From assembly GCA_963677895.2 (NCBI GenBank), contig CAXXGJ010000025.1:1-64000 (forward strand): DNA of 64,000 nucleotides, given 5' to 3'. The position numbers and the translations under genes were made by a program. The notes beneath the pieces are model-generated. The model was not told the DNA's origin. It searched no databases and saw only the letters and a list, made by a program, of their open reading frames with translations. The stretch is from Treponemataceae bacterium (GTDB lineage: Bacteria; Spirochaetota; Spirochaetia; Treponematales; Rectinemataceae). Each line of letters starts with the position of its first letter. The first letter of the stretch is position 1. This document shows positions 12,776 through 22,353 of this stretch, piece after piece.

Positions 12776-14497
12776 CTATCGTTTGAATCGGTTGGCGATA
12801 TAGGTCGTCACCTCTGAGGAACTTGTCATTTTCATCACCGCCGCGGCCATGGCTTCCGCGTCCTCGAGCTTCTGCGACAGGAGGAAGCTCTTCACGCCCG
12901 GTATGGATACCGCCGACATCGAAAGCTCCCGCAATCCCATGCCGACGAGAAGAATGGCGGCCGAGGGGTCGGCGCCCATCTCGCCGCAGAGACTCACGTC
13001 GATCTTGGCCTGTCTGGCGGCGTCGATGGTCATCTTTATGAGACGCAGGACCGCGGGATTGTAGGGATCGTGAAGGTAGGCGACTTTTTCGTTTCCGCGA
13101 TCGACGGCCATCGTGTATTGGGTAAGGTCGTTGGTACCTATCGAGAAAAAATCGGCGCTTCTCGACAGGACATCGGAGCATATGGCGGCCGACGGAACCT
13201 CGATCATTATGCCGGCCTTGATATGATCCGGAACGACGCAGCCGCGGGCTCTGCATTCCAATCGGGCTTCTTCCAGGATGCCCCGCGCCTGGATGAGCTC
13301 TTCCATCGTGCTTATCATAGGGAACATGATGCGCACGTCGCCGAAGACGCTCGCCCTCAGGATGGCCCTGAGCTGGGTGCGGAAAATCTCCGTCTTGCTC
13401 AGGCAGAATCGTATGGCCCGCCATCCGAGCAGGGGATTTTTCTCGTCCTGTGCCCCCAGTTCGGGAAGCACCTTGTCGCCGCCTATATCGAGGGTGCGGA
13501 TGGTGACCGGTTTGCCGCGCATCCCCTCGACGACATTCTTGTATGCCTTGTACTGGGCTTCCTCGCCGGGCACGTGTCCTCCGAGGAAAAGGAACTCCGA
13601 GCGGAAAAGGCCGACGCCGTCCGCGTTGTGCTCCACCACGGACTCCACTTCTTCGGGCACTTCAAGGTTCGCCATGAGCAGGATTCGAACGCCATCCCTG
13701 GTGGTGGCGGGAACATCCCTTATCCCGGCGAATTCTTTTTCCCTGATCAATCTGAGATTCTGCGCGGCTCTTTCTTTTTTCAGCGCGGATTCGTCGGGAT
13801 CCACCACGACGATGCCCCGATCTCCGTCGACGATGAAGGGGACCCCCGCCTTCACGTCCGCCATGAAGGATCCTATGCCGAGAACCGCCGGTATCTGGAA
13901 GGCCCGCGCGAGAATGGCCGCGTGGCTCGTCCTTCCTCCCGCTTCGGTGGCGATCGCCTTGATATGGGTGCGGGCCATTCCCACCATGTCGGAGGGAAGG
14001 AGATCTTTCGCGATCACGATGACATCCCTGTCAATGTCGGCCAGGCTGAATCTTTCCCTATGGAGGAGATGTCCCAGAATCCTTCTGACGACATCGTGGA
14101 CGTCCGATACCCTTTCCTGGATGTAAGGGTCCTGGGAGGCCGAGAGCTGGTCAATCATCTGTTGTTCCAGGGAAAAAACGATGCTTTCCACGTTGAGCAG
14201 CGAAACGCCGAGGTTATTTCTCACGCTCGACGCGACTTCGGGGTCGTCGAGCATCATGAGATGGGCGTCGAAAATCGCGGCCTGTTCCTCGCCGGCCTCC
14301 TTCAGGGCCTTTTCGCGGAGCGCGCCGACTTCCTGCTTGGCCTGAACCACGGCTTCGGCAAAGCGTGAGAACTCGGGCTCTATATCCTCGTTGGCGATGG
14401 AATACGAAGGTATGGACGCGTTGTAATCATCGTAGAAGATGAAGACGGGCGCGAAGGCCGTGCCCGGCGATGCCGCTATGCCATGCAGTTCTCTCAT
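12776..14497 (-). CDS. ptsI: Phosphoenolpyruvate--protein phosphotransferase (PTS enzyme I)
   Basis: GGRTSHAAILAR phospho-His motif, GVGLFRSE, RTLDIGGDK, NPLLGWRAIR, SIGTNDLTQY, CGEM. Confidence 0.97.
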   Translation of the reverse strand: MRELHGIAASPGTAFAPVFIFYDDYNASIPSYSIANEDIEPEFSRFAEAVVQAKQEVGALREKALKEAGEEQAAIFDAHLMMLDDPEVASSVRNNLGVSLLNVESIVFSLEQQMIDQLSASQDPYIQERVSDVHDVVRRILGHLLHRERFSLADIDRDVIVIAKDLLPSDMVGMARTHIKAIATEAGGRTSHAAILARAFQIPAVLGIGSFMADVKAGVPFIVDGDRGIVVVDPDESALKKERAAQNLRLIREKEFAGIRDVPATTRDGVRILLMANLEVPEEVESVVEHNADGVGLFRSEFLFLGGHVPGEEAQYKAYKNVVEGMRGKPVTIRTLDIGGDKVLPELGAQDEKNPLLGWRAIRFCLSKTEIFRTQLRAILRASVFGDVRIMFPMISTMEELIQARGILEEARLECRARGCVVPDHIKAGIMIEVPSAAICSDVLSRSADFFSIGTNDLTQYTMAVDRGNEKVAYLHDPYNPAVLRLIKMTIDAARQAKIDVSLCGEMGADPSAAILLVGMGLRELSMSAVSIPGVKSFLLSQKLEDAEAMAAAVMKMTSSSEVTTYIANRFKR

Positions 14498-14505
14498 ATA
14501 GCATG

Positions 14506-14534
14506 AATGTAGCAGAAATTCGTCTCATCGTAAA
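14506..14534 (-). promoter_or_regulatory. Putative sigma70 promoter of ptsI (near-leaderless)
   Basis: TTTACG-17 nt-TACATT with extended TG, ending 8 nt before the ATG; no SD. Confidence 0.5.
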
Positions 14535-14556
14535 TAAGTGGTCGGGCACCCGGAAT

Positions 14557-15495
14557 TTACTGGAGCACGTTGGCCGGATTCACGGTTTTCCCGTTCTTGT
14601 AGACCGAGAAATGCATATGGGGCCCCGTGCTGTAGCCCGTATTCCCCGACAAACCCACTCGGCCGCCCTGCGAGAGATACTCTCCATCCTGGACGGAAAT
14701 GGCGGACATATGCGCATAGAGCGTCTTCCAGCCGCCGGGGTGCCGGAGGATGACATATTTTCCCATTATGGGCGAATACCCCGTCTCGCTCACCGTGCCT
14801 TCCATGGCCGCCGCGATGCGCGTTCCCATGGGTACGCCGATATCGAGACCATTATGGAAGGATTTGCGTCCGGAGAATGGATCCCTTCTCCAGGAGTACC
14901 AGGAAGTGATGACGCCCCTGACCGGCCAGCGGAACAGGTCCCCCGAGATCTCCCTCAGGACAGCCGAAGGAAGCTTGGCGTCGGGCAGGAAAAGCGCCTT
15001 GCCCACATTCAGGTCCGTGGACAGAAGGCCGTTGGCTTCGATGAGCCTATCGGCCGAAATCTGGTATTTCGTCGCGATGGAATCCACGGTATCGCCTTTC
15101 GTGGCGTTGTAGATGATGCCGGCCATGCTCGGGATCTTGAGCAGCTGCTCGGGGCGCAGGGCGCGCGCCGACATGATATTGTTCGCGCTCAGGATGGTGT
15201 CCACCGTGACATCATAGGACTCGGCGATGCCGGATACCGTATCGCCTTTCCGCACTTGATATACCGAATAATAGAGGCCCTGGTCCTCAGCCTCGGAATC
15301 CGACTCGGAAAGAAGGACATCGGCGTCGAGCGAGCCTACGCTGCCTTTGGCGTAACTAGGTCCGGGCATAGGCCTGAAACTGGAACCCAGGAGCGTGATA
15401 AGGCATATGACTGTCAGGATGGTTCGTCGCAGCGAAGGGCCGCTCACCAGAAGCAGAAGAATTTCGTTGTTCACTCGCCTGAATCGTCTCCGCAC
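14557..15495 (-). CDS. LysM-domain M23 family metallopeptidase
   Basis: Two LysM repeats (YQVRKGDTVSGIA, KGDTVDSIA), HNGLD, YAHM and STGPHMHF motifs. Confidence 0.92.
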   Translation of the reverse strand: MRRRFRRVNNEILLLLVSGPSLRRTILTVICLITLLGSSFRPMPGPSYAKGSVGSLDADVLLSESDSEAEDQGLYYSVYQVRKGDTVSGIAESYDVTVDTILSANNIMSARALRPEQLLKIPSMAGIIYNATKGDTVDSIATKYQISADRLIEANGLLSTDLNVGKALFLPDAKLPSAVLREISGDLFRWPVRGVITSWYSWRRDPFSGRKSFHNGLDIGVPMGTRIAAAMEGTVSETGYSPIMGKYVILRHPGGWKTLYAHMSAISVQDGEYLSQGGRVGLSGNTGYSTGPHMHFSVYKNGKTVNPANVLQ

Positions 15496-15524
15496 CCAAT
15501 GCTCCGCACTACCAGGATTGGGGC

Positions 15525-15553
15525 ATTATACCGGCAGTTCCGGTGGTTTGCAA
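15525..15553 (-). promoter_or_regulatory. Putative sigma70 promoter of the M23 peptidase gene
   Basis: TTGCAA (15553-15548)-17 nt-TATAAT (15530-15525). Confidence 0.7.
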
Positions 15554-15613
15554 TCACTTTTTTTCGGCTCCATCTTGCCCCTGGAGCCCCTATGACGATA
15601 CTGTTGCCTTATC

Positions 15614-17182
15614 ATGAGATGCAAACCAATTCTGGCCCTCGTGGCCTTCTCTTTCTGCGTTCTGGGCGGAATTTCGGCAATAGGCGTCGACTCGGCTTCC
15701 ATTTCGATCAACACCGAAAACGTCAGCAGTCCAGGCCTGGCGCAAGTCGTCATACGCGGGACGCCGAGCGGCGCTTATATAGCGGTGGACGGAGGAAGCT
15801 CGAGTTTTTCGACCTGGACCGGCAGTCTTTCTCCCGGCCATCATATCATCTCGGTATCGGCCGCAGACCATTACCCGGCGCAGTATTCCTTCACGGCGCA
15901 GGAAAACACGAAATACACCATCTATATAACGCTTGAGGACCACACGGGCTACCTCTCGATAGACGTAATCCCCTTCGACGCGAGCGTCTACGTCGACGGA
16001 TCCAAAGTCTATGGCCCATTGGCGGAAATCCCCGTGGGCAGATACAACGTGTCGGTGAAGAAATTCGGATACGACGAAGAAAAACTCCCGATCGTCATTT
16101 TCTGGCAGAGGACATCCACGCTGAACATCGAACTGTCGCCTTCTGTCTTCGAGATAAGCGCCTTCGGAACGAGGCCGGAACGATTCAATCCGGCCAATAG
16201 GGGATTATACGATCGCAGCGCCCTGACCTTCACGGTGTCGGCTCCGGGCTATGGTTCAATCAAGGTGCTGGACGCCCAAGACCGCTCCGTCCACGAGGTG
16301 GAGCTGCCCGTTTTCAGGACCTGGTCGCAGCGCGTCCTCTGGGACGGAAGGGATGAATCGGGCGGAGCCTTGGCCGACGGCGAATACAAAGTCATCCTTT
16401 CCCTCTGGCCGCTTCCCCCGGCCGAAGGCCAGGCGCTGCCATTCCCCGCGCCGGAAAGAGGCGGGCAGGCGGATTCCGACCCCGGATCGCCCATCACCCT
16501 CTCGACGACCGTGACCATCGATTCCTCCCTTACTATCGTGCCTTCGGGGACTTCGGCCGCGAGACCGGGCCTCCTTTATTTTGCCGATCCCAAGGTGCGG
16601 GAACTCCTCCCGGGCAGCGCCGAGTTGGTGGGATGCTTCCCCGGCGGCACCGCTCTCTCCCTGGGTTTCAGAATCGGCGACTCGACCATGCTGGCGGCGG
16701 AAGGCATCTTCGACGCTGCCCCCGGCGGCGCCGTCGCGGGCGGCATTCTGAGCAGCATAGGGAATTTTCCCGGGGCTGACCTGGGGATTCTAGGCCGCGT
16801 CGCATGGAGCAGCGCGACGGTCCCCTCCTATCCGGGCTCGGCGTCGGAAGCGGAAATAGCGCTTCCCATGGCGCTCGACATGGGAAACTTGCGTTTAGGG
16901 ATAGCGCCCGGCGTCGTGCTGGACCTCAGGAGCGAAAGCTTCGCGGCGCGGGTCGGCGCAGCCTTCTGGTATGAGAGCGCCGGACTGAACGCGGGACTTT
17001 CCGCCCAGGGGAACTTCGGGGCATCGGCTTTCATGAGCCCCGCCAATCCTCTCTACGCGGCGGCGGAAGCGAGGACGCTCTTCGAAAATCTTCCCTTCAC
17101 CATGCTCTTCAGGCTTTCAGGAACCTTTGAACCCGGCCTGGTCGATCCCGCCGCGAGCATAGGCTTCGGGGTGACCTGGTGA
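15614..17182 (+). CDS. Secreted PEGA-domain protein with FlgD-type Ig domain and probable C-terminal beta-barrel
   Basis: Signal peptide; two PEGA-like repeats (P.GA.I.VDG, P.DASVYVDG...GRYNVSVKKFGY); FNP...WDGRDESGGALADGEY (FlgD_ig); alternating-pattern C-terminus ending IGFGVTW. Confidence 0.7.
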   Translation: MRCKPILALVAFSFCVLGGISAIGVDSASISINTENVSSPGLAQVVIRGTPSGAYIAVDGGSSSFSTWTGSLSPGHHIISVSAADHYPAQYSFTAQENTKYTIYITLEDHTGYLSIDVIPFDASVYVDGSKVYGPLAEIPVGRYNVSVKKFGYDEEKLPIVIFWQRTSTLNIELSPSVFEISAFGTRPERFNPANRGLYDRSALTFTVSAPGYGSIKVLDAQDRSVHEVELPVFRTWSQRVLWDGRDESGGALADGEYKVILSLWPLPPAEGQALPFPAPERGGQADSDPGSPITLSTTVTIDSSLTIVPSGTSAARPGLLYFADPKVRELLPGSAELVGCFPGGTALSLGFRIGDSTMLAAEGIFDAAPGGAVAGGILSSIGNFPGADLGILGRVAWSSATVPSYPGSASEAEIALPMALDMGNLRLGIAPGVVLDLRSESFAARVGAAFWYESAGLNAGLSAQGNFGASAFMSPANPLYAAAEARTLFENLPFTMLFRLSGTFEPGLVDPAASIGFGVTW

Positions 17183-18444
17183 GCGGCAACATCGCGCCGG
17201 CAGGCGGCAACGACGCACTGGCGAGCGGCAACGATACGCCGGTGGGCGGATCCGACCCCGCGGGCAGGGTCGGTCTTTTTGCCTGCTCCGGCTACGATCC
17301 GGCCGCCCTCGACGAGGTTATTCTCAAGGCCGCCGACTATGCCGGTTTTCCGGACGTCAGGGGAAAGCGGATTCTGGTCAAGCCCAATCTTCTCAAGGCC
17401 GCTTCCGCCGAGATGGCGGTGACGACGCACCCGGAATTCGTGGCCGCGGTCCTGCGCTTTCTCAAGGCGCGGGGAGCGTCGCGCATCGTGGTGGGCGATT
17501 CGCCGGGCTTCCAGAGCGGGTTGTCCGCGGGAAAAGCGGCGGGCATCTACGACGCGGCGATCGGGAACGGCGCCGAATGGGCCGATTTCCTGCCGGGCAA
17601 ACCCAGGCCGGCGCCGGAGGCGCGGCTCATAAAAAACTTCACCCTGGCTTCGGTCCTGGACGAATGCGACCTAGTCGTGAACCTTCCCAAACTGAAAACG
17701 CACCGGCTCATGAACTACACCGGGGCGATGAAAAACCTCTTCGGCCTCATTCCAGGCCTCGGCAAAAGCAGGATGCATCTGCATTTCGCCGACAAAGCGA
17801 AATTCGGAACCATGCTGGTCGACCTCGCACTGTCCATCCCCCGCTGCTTCAGCTTCATGGATGGAATCGTCGCGATGGAAGGGGAAGGACCGGGCGGCGG
17901 CGATCCCTTCCCCCTGGGACTCGTCCTCGCTTCGGGCGACCTGGCGGCGCTCGATTGGACGGCGGCGCGATGCATCGGATACGATCCCTTGAGGATTCCC
18001 TACCTTGTCGACGCGATAGGACGAAGCGGACGCGATCCGGCGGCGCCTGAAATCGAGGTAGGCCCGCGCGTCGTGGCCGAAGTGGCCGCGAAAAATTTCA
18101 GACTCCTCCCCTACGGGGGATCGGCGACGCCCGACGTGGTCAAGATGCCCGCCTTCGTCTGGAAAGCCCTGATGCGGATTATCTCGAACAGGCCGATTTT
18201 CCTACCGGAAAAATGCACGGGCTGCAAAGCCTGCGTCAAGATCTGCCCGGCCCGAGCCCTCGAACTCGGAAAAAACGCGAAGGGACAACATCAGATCCGC
18301 ATAGACGATGGCGCCTGCATAACCTGTTTCTGCTGCCACGAGGTCTGCCCCTCCCACGCGATCGCCGTCGGGAGGGTCCTGGCGAGAAAGCCGGGAGAGA
18401 CGAAGCCGGCCGAGAAGAAATCAACGGAGAAGGGGCCGCGATGA
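17179..18444 (+). CDS. DUF362 domain protein with C-terminal 2x[4Fe-4S] ferredoxin domain
   Basis: LVKPNLL, TTHP, VGDSPG, NLPKLKTH, TGAMKN, DGIVAMEGEGP; CTGCKACVKICP and CITCFCCHEVCP. Confidence 0.88.
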   Translation: MSGNIAPAGGNDALASGNDTPVGGSDPAGRVGLFACSGYDPAALDEVILKAADYAGFPDVRGKRILVKPNLLKAASAEMAVTTHPEFVAAVLRFLKARGASRIVVGDSPGFQSGLSAGKAAGIYDAAIGNGAEWADFLPGKPRPAPEARLIKNFTLASVLDECDLVVNLPKLKTHRLMNYTGAMKNLFGLIPGLGKSRMHLHFADKAKFGTMLVDLALSIPRCFSFMDGIVAMEGEGPGGGDPFPLGLVLASGDLAALDWTAARCIGYDPLRIPYLVDAIGRSGRDPAAPEIEVGPRVVAEVAAKNFRLLPYGGSATPDVVKMPAFVWKALMRIISNRPIFLPEKCTGCKACVKICPARALELGKNAKGQHQIRIDDGACITCFCCHEVCPSHAIAVGRVLARKPGETKPAEKKSTEKGPR

Positions 18445-20051
18445 GCCACAGCGACTTGAGCCGCTTCCTGGATTTCGGAAGCGCGGATCTGTATAAAAAA
18501 CTGGACCTTCCCCTGCCGCATAGGGGCTCGGGTCGCCTCATCGTCGATTCGGAGAGTCTGGCCGCGCTTTCGCGCGCCGCCTTCTCCGAGATCGCGTTCA
18601 AGTATCCCAAAGGACATCTGGAGCTTCTGGCCGCCATCCTCAAGGATGAGAGAGCCTCGCCGAACGAAAAATTCGTCGTGGAGATGCTTCTCAGGAACGC
18701 CGCCATAGCGGCCGAGGGTCTTCTGCCGATGTGCCAGGACACGGGCACGGCCCTCATCTATGGCTGGAAGGGAGCGGGGATCGAGACATCGCCCGAGGAC
18801 GCGTCCGGGGCCGCGCCCGATGACGACGCGGCTGAGCTGGCCCGCGGCGCCGCCGAGGCATACGCGGAACGACGCCTCAGAAAATCCCAGCAGGGACCGG
18901 AATCCGTCCTCGCGGAAAGAAACACCAAGGACAATCTGCCCGCCCTCGTGGACCTGCGCGCCGTCCCCGGTTCCGCGTATCGATTCCTTTTCGCCGCCAA
19001 GGGCGGCGGCTCGACGAGCAGGACTTCCTTGAGCATGGAAAGCCCCGCGATTTTGCGCAAGGAGGCGCTCGAGGCTGTTCTGACGGCCAGGATAAAGGCT
19101 CTGGGAGCCTCGGGCTGTCCTCCTTACACGATCGCCGCCGTCCTGGGCGGATCTACTCCCTCCCAGGCTCTCTACGCGATGGAATTGGCCGCCTTCGGGC
19201 TGCTCGACGGGCTTCCGGGAACGGCGAAGGCCGACGGATCTCCCCTGCGGAGCGCCGAATGGGAGGATATTGTCGCTAGAATCGCCGCCGAATCCGGCAC
19301 CGGGGCACAGTGGGGAGGCAGGCATCTCGCCCTCGAGACGCGTTTCATACGCCTTTCCCGTCATGCCGCGAACCTTCCCCTCGCCATCGGCGTATCCTGT
19401 TCGGCGCACCGAAAGGCGCGGGCCTTCGTGGACGAAAGCGGCTGGCATATCGAAAAAATGGAAGACGACCCGGGGCGGCTTCTGCCCCGCGAAAGCGCCG
19501 TGCTGCCTGATGCCGTGGAAGTGGACCTCGACGCTCCCGCCGGGGAATGGATGGAAAAGCTCCGCAGCTTGAAGGCGGGCACCGCGGTATCGCTCTCGGG
19601 AACCGTGACAGTAGCCCGCGACCTGGCCCACGCGAGAGTGGCGGCCCAGCTGCGGGACGGCCGACCCATGCCCGCCTACTTTACGGATCACCCGATCTTC
19701 TACGCGGGGCCGACCGACCCGGCGCCAGGCGCCGTCACGGGTTCCTTCGGTCCGACGACAGCCTCCCGGATGGACAGCTACCTCGAACCTTTCATGAAAA
19801 GGGGAGCGTCCCTCGTCACCATCGCCAAAGGCGCGCGGGGCAAGGAAGCCGCCGCGGCCATAGCCGAGGCGAAAGGGATATACCTCGCCTGCGTGGGAGG
19901 GGCCGCGGCCATCATGGCCAGAGATCATGTCGTGGAAAGCAGGATCATAGACCATGCAGATCTCGGCATGGAGGCCGTTCGGGCGGTGCGCCTGAAGAAT
20001 CTTCCCGCTCTTGTCGTGATTGACGCTCGAGGCGCAAACTTTTATTCTTGA
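18441..20051 (+). CDS. Class I (Fe-S) fumarate hydratase, single-chain type
   Basis: ATG 18441 overlaps the upstream stop. CQDTG, KGGGS, CPPY, SCSAHR, ARD.AH, YAGP and GPTTASRMD motifs. Confidence 0.88.
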   Translation: MSHSDLSRFLDFGSADLYKKLDLPLPHRGSGRLIVDSESLAALSRAAFSEIAFKYPKGHLELLAAILKDERASPNEKFVVEMLLRNAAIAAEGLLPMCQDTGTALIYGWKGAGIETSPEDASGAAPDDDAAELARGAAEAYAERRLRKSQQGPESVLAERNTKDNLPALVDLRAVPGSAYRFLFAAKGGGSTSRTSLSMESPAILRKEALEAVLTARIKALGASGCPPYTIAAVLGGSTPSQALYAMELAAFGLLDGLPGTAKADGSPLRSAEWEDIVARIAAESGTGAQWGGRHLALETRFIRLSRHAANLPLAIGVSCSAHRKARAFVDESGWHIEKMEDDPGRLLPRESAVLPDAVEVDLDAPAGEWMEKLRSLKAGTAVSLSGTVTVARDLAHARVAAQLRDGRPMPAYFTDHPIFYAGPTDPAPGAVTGSFGPTTASRMDSYLEPFMKRGASLVTIAKGARGKEAAAAIAEAKGIYLACVGGAAAIMARDHVVESRIIDHADLGMEAVRAVRLKNLPALVVIDARGANFYS

Positions 20052-21241
20052 AGCGTATGACAATTTCCGAAAGAACCGGACGAACGGGCTTTAAGTTCGG
20101 CTTCAGCTATTTCCTGTTCTTCGCCATCTATGGAATTTCCTCGCCATATCTTCAGATCATGCTCAGGAGGATTGGCTACAGCCCAGCCTCCGTCGGCATA
20201 TTGCTCGGGATTTTCGAACTCGTAGGCATTTTGGGCCCCATCGTGCTCGCGAGAAAAGCCGACGCGATGGGCCGCTTTAATCCCTTTCTCATCGGATCGA
20301 GCGCCATCATAATCATGGGAAGCTTCCTGCTGGTGACGGTCAAATCTCCCCTGGGAACGATACTCAGCCTCAGCCTGCTCTCCCTTGGGCTCAAAACCCC
20401 TGTTCCCGTCATGGACACTTCGATCCTCATCGCCCTGGAGAGGGAACGCGCCATAGGGCGAAAAACCACCACCTATGGAACGCTGCGCGGCCTTGGTTCA
20501 TTAGGTTTCGTCCTCGTCACACTGAGCCTGCAGATAATCCCGGGCTTCGACGCCCAATCGCCGGCCGTGATGGCCATCGTCATGGCATCCCTGGCTGCAA
20601 TATTCCTCATCAGCCTCTATTGGCTTCCCGAATCGGGCAGCGGGAGGAAAACCGAGAAAAAAGCAGGGCTCAATCTAGCCTGGATCGATTCCACCTTCCT
20701 GATCGGCCTGGGCGTCATCGCCCTGGGCAGGCTCGCGATGGCTTCCATCAATTCGTTTTTCTCGCTGTACCTCATGGAATCCCTCCAGTGGCATGCCATC
20801 GGCGCCATGTCGGCGCTGGCCGCCATCGTCGAGATTCCGATGATGATCCTTTCATGGAAATTCATGCGAAAGAAAAGCCCGATGCAGGTGATAAGCCTGG
20901 CGTCGGCGGCCATCTTCGTCCGACTCCTGATCTACGCGATTTTTCCGAGCCGGCTGGGCGTCATCGCCGGCCAGCTTTTGCATTCCATCTGTTATGGACT
21001 CTTCCAGCCCGCCTCCATCGTTTTCGTCAATCTCAAAACCCCGCCAGGGGAGAGGACGACAGGCATGGCCCTGCTCCTGGGAATCGGGATGGGACTGCCG
21101 GCTTTCATCGGCAGCGCCTTCGGAGGCCTTGTGGTGGAAGCGGTGGGGTATCGCTGGCTTTTCGCGATTTTTAGTCTATTCGCCGTTCTGAGCTTGGTCC
21201 TCTATCGCATGCACGAAAAAGTTCTTAAAGAAGTCCGCTGA
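20048..21241 (+). CDS. MFS transporter (HcaT/MFS_1-like)
   Basis: About 12 hydrophobic segments; YGTLRGLGSLGF, EIPMM and GQLLHSICYG motifs. Start may be ATG 20057. Confidence 0.85.
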   Translation: MKRMTISERTGRTGFKFGFSYFLFFAIYGISSPYLQIMLRRIGYSPASVGILLGIFELVGILGPIVLARKADAMGRFNPFLIGSSAIIIMGSFLLVTVKSPLGTILSLSLLSLGLKTPVPVMDTSILIALERERAIGRKTTTYGTLRGLGSLGFVLVTLSLQIIPGFDAQSPAVMAIVMASLAAIFLISLYWLPESGSGRKTEKKAGLNLAWIDSTFLIGLGVIALGRLAMASINSFFSLYLMESLQWHAIGAMSALAAIVEIPMMILSWKFMRKKSPMQVISLASAAIFVRLLIYAIFPSRLGVIAGQLLHSICYGLFQPASIVFVNLKTPPGERTTGMALLLGIGMGLPAFIGSAFGGLVVEAVGYRWLFAIFSLFAVLSLVLYRMHEKVLKEVR

Positions 21242-21274
21242 CGGGGTTTCGAAGCCCGCTGAAAAGCCTGAATC

Positions 21275-21862
21275 TCAATACGCGGTAATGCCATGCTTGA
21301 GAAGGCATTTTTCAGCGAGGAAGAGGGCGGTGGCCATGAGCGCATGGCTCAATTCCCCCTCGCCCATTCCATCATGAACAGCTTTCGCTGGCATGAGCAG
21401 GGCGTCGACGACTTCGTCTTCGTCCAGATTCCTGTCGACCGCCGGGTAGGGATCGAGGGCGAGATAGACATGAAAGCGGTTGGATTGAATGGCTGGGTTG
21501 GGAAAAACCGTGCCCGCATGAAGGAGAACGGAGGGAATCCATCCCGTTTCTTCGGCCAACTCTCTGGCGGCCGCCTTATCGGGGGCTTCCCCCTCCTCGA
21601 TGACCCCGCCGGGGAATTCCAGGCTCGATTCGTCCGAACCATGCCGGTACTGCCGCACCATCAGGAATTGCGCTTCAGGCTCCTTTCTCAGCAGCGGCAC
21701 GACGACCGCCCAATCCCTGGCCTCGAGCACCTGAAAAGTGCCTTTTCTGCCTTCCGGCCCGGAGCTGGTCTGCTCGAATACCGTGAACACCGCCCCTCTG
21801 TAGATTTCTTCCTTGGAAAGCTTTTTCCATGAGAGAGCGCCCGAACCGTCGCCAGCCACCAT
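21275..21862 (-). CDS. NUDIX hydrolase (ADP-ribose pyrophosphatase-like)
   Basis: VRQYRHG...LEFPGGVIEEGEAPDKAAARELAEETG Nudix box; SD GGAGG. Confidence 0.9.
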   Translation of the reverse strand: MVAGDGSGALSWKKLSKEEIYRGAVFTVFEQTSSGPEGRKGTFQVLEARDWAVVVPLLRKEPEAQFLMVRQYRHGSDESSLEFPGGVIEEGEAPDKAAARELAEETGWIPSVLLHAGTVFPNPAIQSNRFHVYLALDPYPAVDRNLDEDEVVDALLMPAKAVHDGMGEGELSHALMATALFLAEKCLLKHGITAY

Positions 21863-21954
21863 AAAGGCCTCCTGAAAGATTGATGGTACCGAGGCCGGGC
21901 CGGCGCATCAAGCGGTTCTACGCGGCGCATCGGCCGCGAATCCTCACTTCGATG

Positions 21955-21983
21955 TTGCGAAGTCCCATTCGATGCGTTAGGAT
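21955..21983 (+). promoter_or_regulatory. Putative sigma70 promoter giving a leaderless PAS-gene transcript
   Basis: TTGCGA-17 nt-TAGGAT, ending 6 nt before ATG 21990. Confidence 0.55.
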
Positions 21984-21989
21984 GGTCAC

Positions 21990-22346
21990 ATGGAAAAATT
22001 GCCAGCTGACTTGAGCGAAGCGATCGGTTCGATAGACGCCGCCGTCACGGTCTGCGATGCCGATCTCAGGCTTCTCTACATGAATGAAAAATCCGCGCTC
22101 ACCTTCGGGGGAAAAGACTCGGGACCGCTCGTCGGAAGCAGCCTCGTCGACTGCCACAAGCCTCAATCGGTGGAAAAAATGAAGGAAATTCTCGCATCCG
22201 GACAGCCTAACGTATATACCATTTCCAAGAATGGCGTGAGGAAACTCATCTGGCAGGCGCCCTGGGAAAAAGACGGGAAAATCGGCGGACTTGTGGAAAT
22301 CTCCATCCCCCTGCCCGAGGCCATGCCCCACTACGACCGCGGATAA
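21990..22346 (+). CDS. Stand-alone PAS domain protein
   Basis: VTVCDADLRLLYMNEKS...LVGSSLVDCH...PWEKDGKIGGLVE, a PAS-fold pattern; 118 aa. Confidence 0.8.
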   Translation: MEKLPADLSEAIGSIDAAVTVCDADLRLLYMNEKSALTFGGKDSGPLVGSSLVDCHKPQSVEKMKEILASGQPNVYTISKNGVRKLIWQAPWEKDGKIGGLVEISIPLPEAMPHYDRG

Positions 22347-22353
22347 AGGTTCC

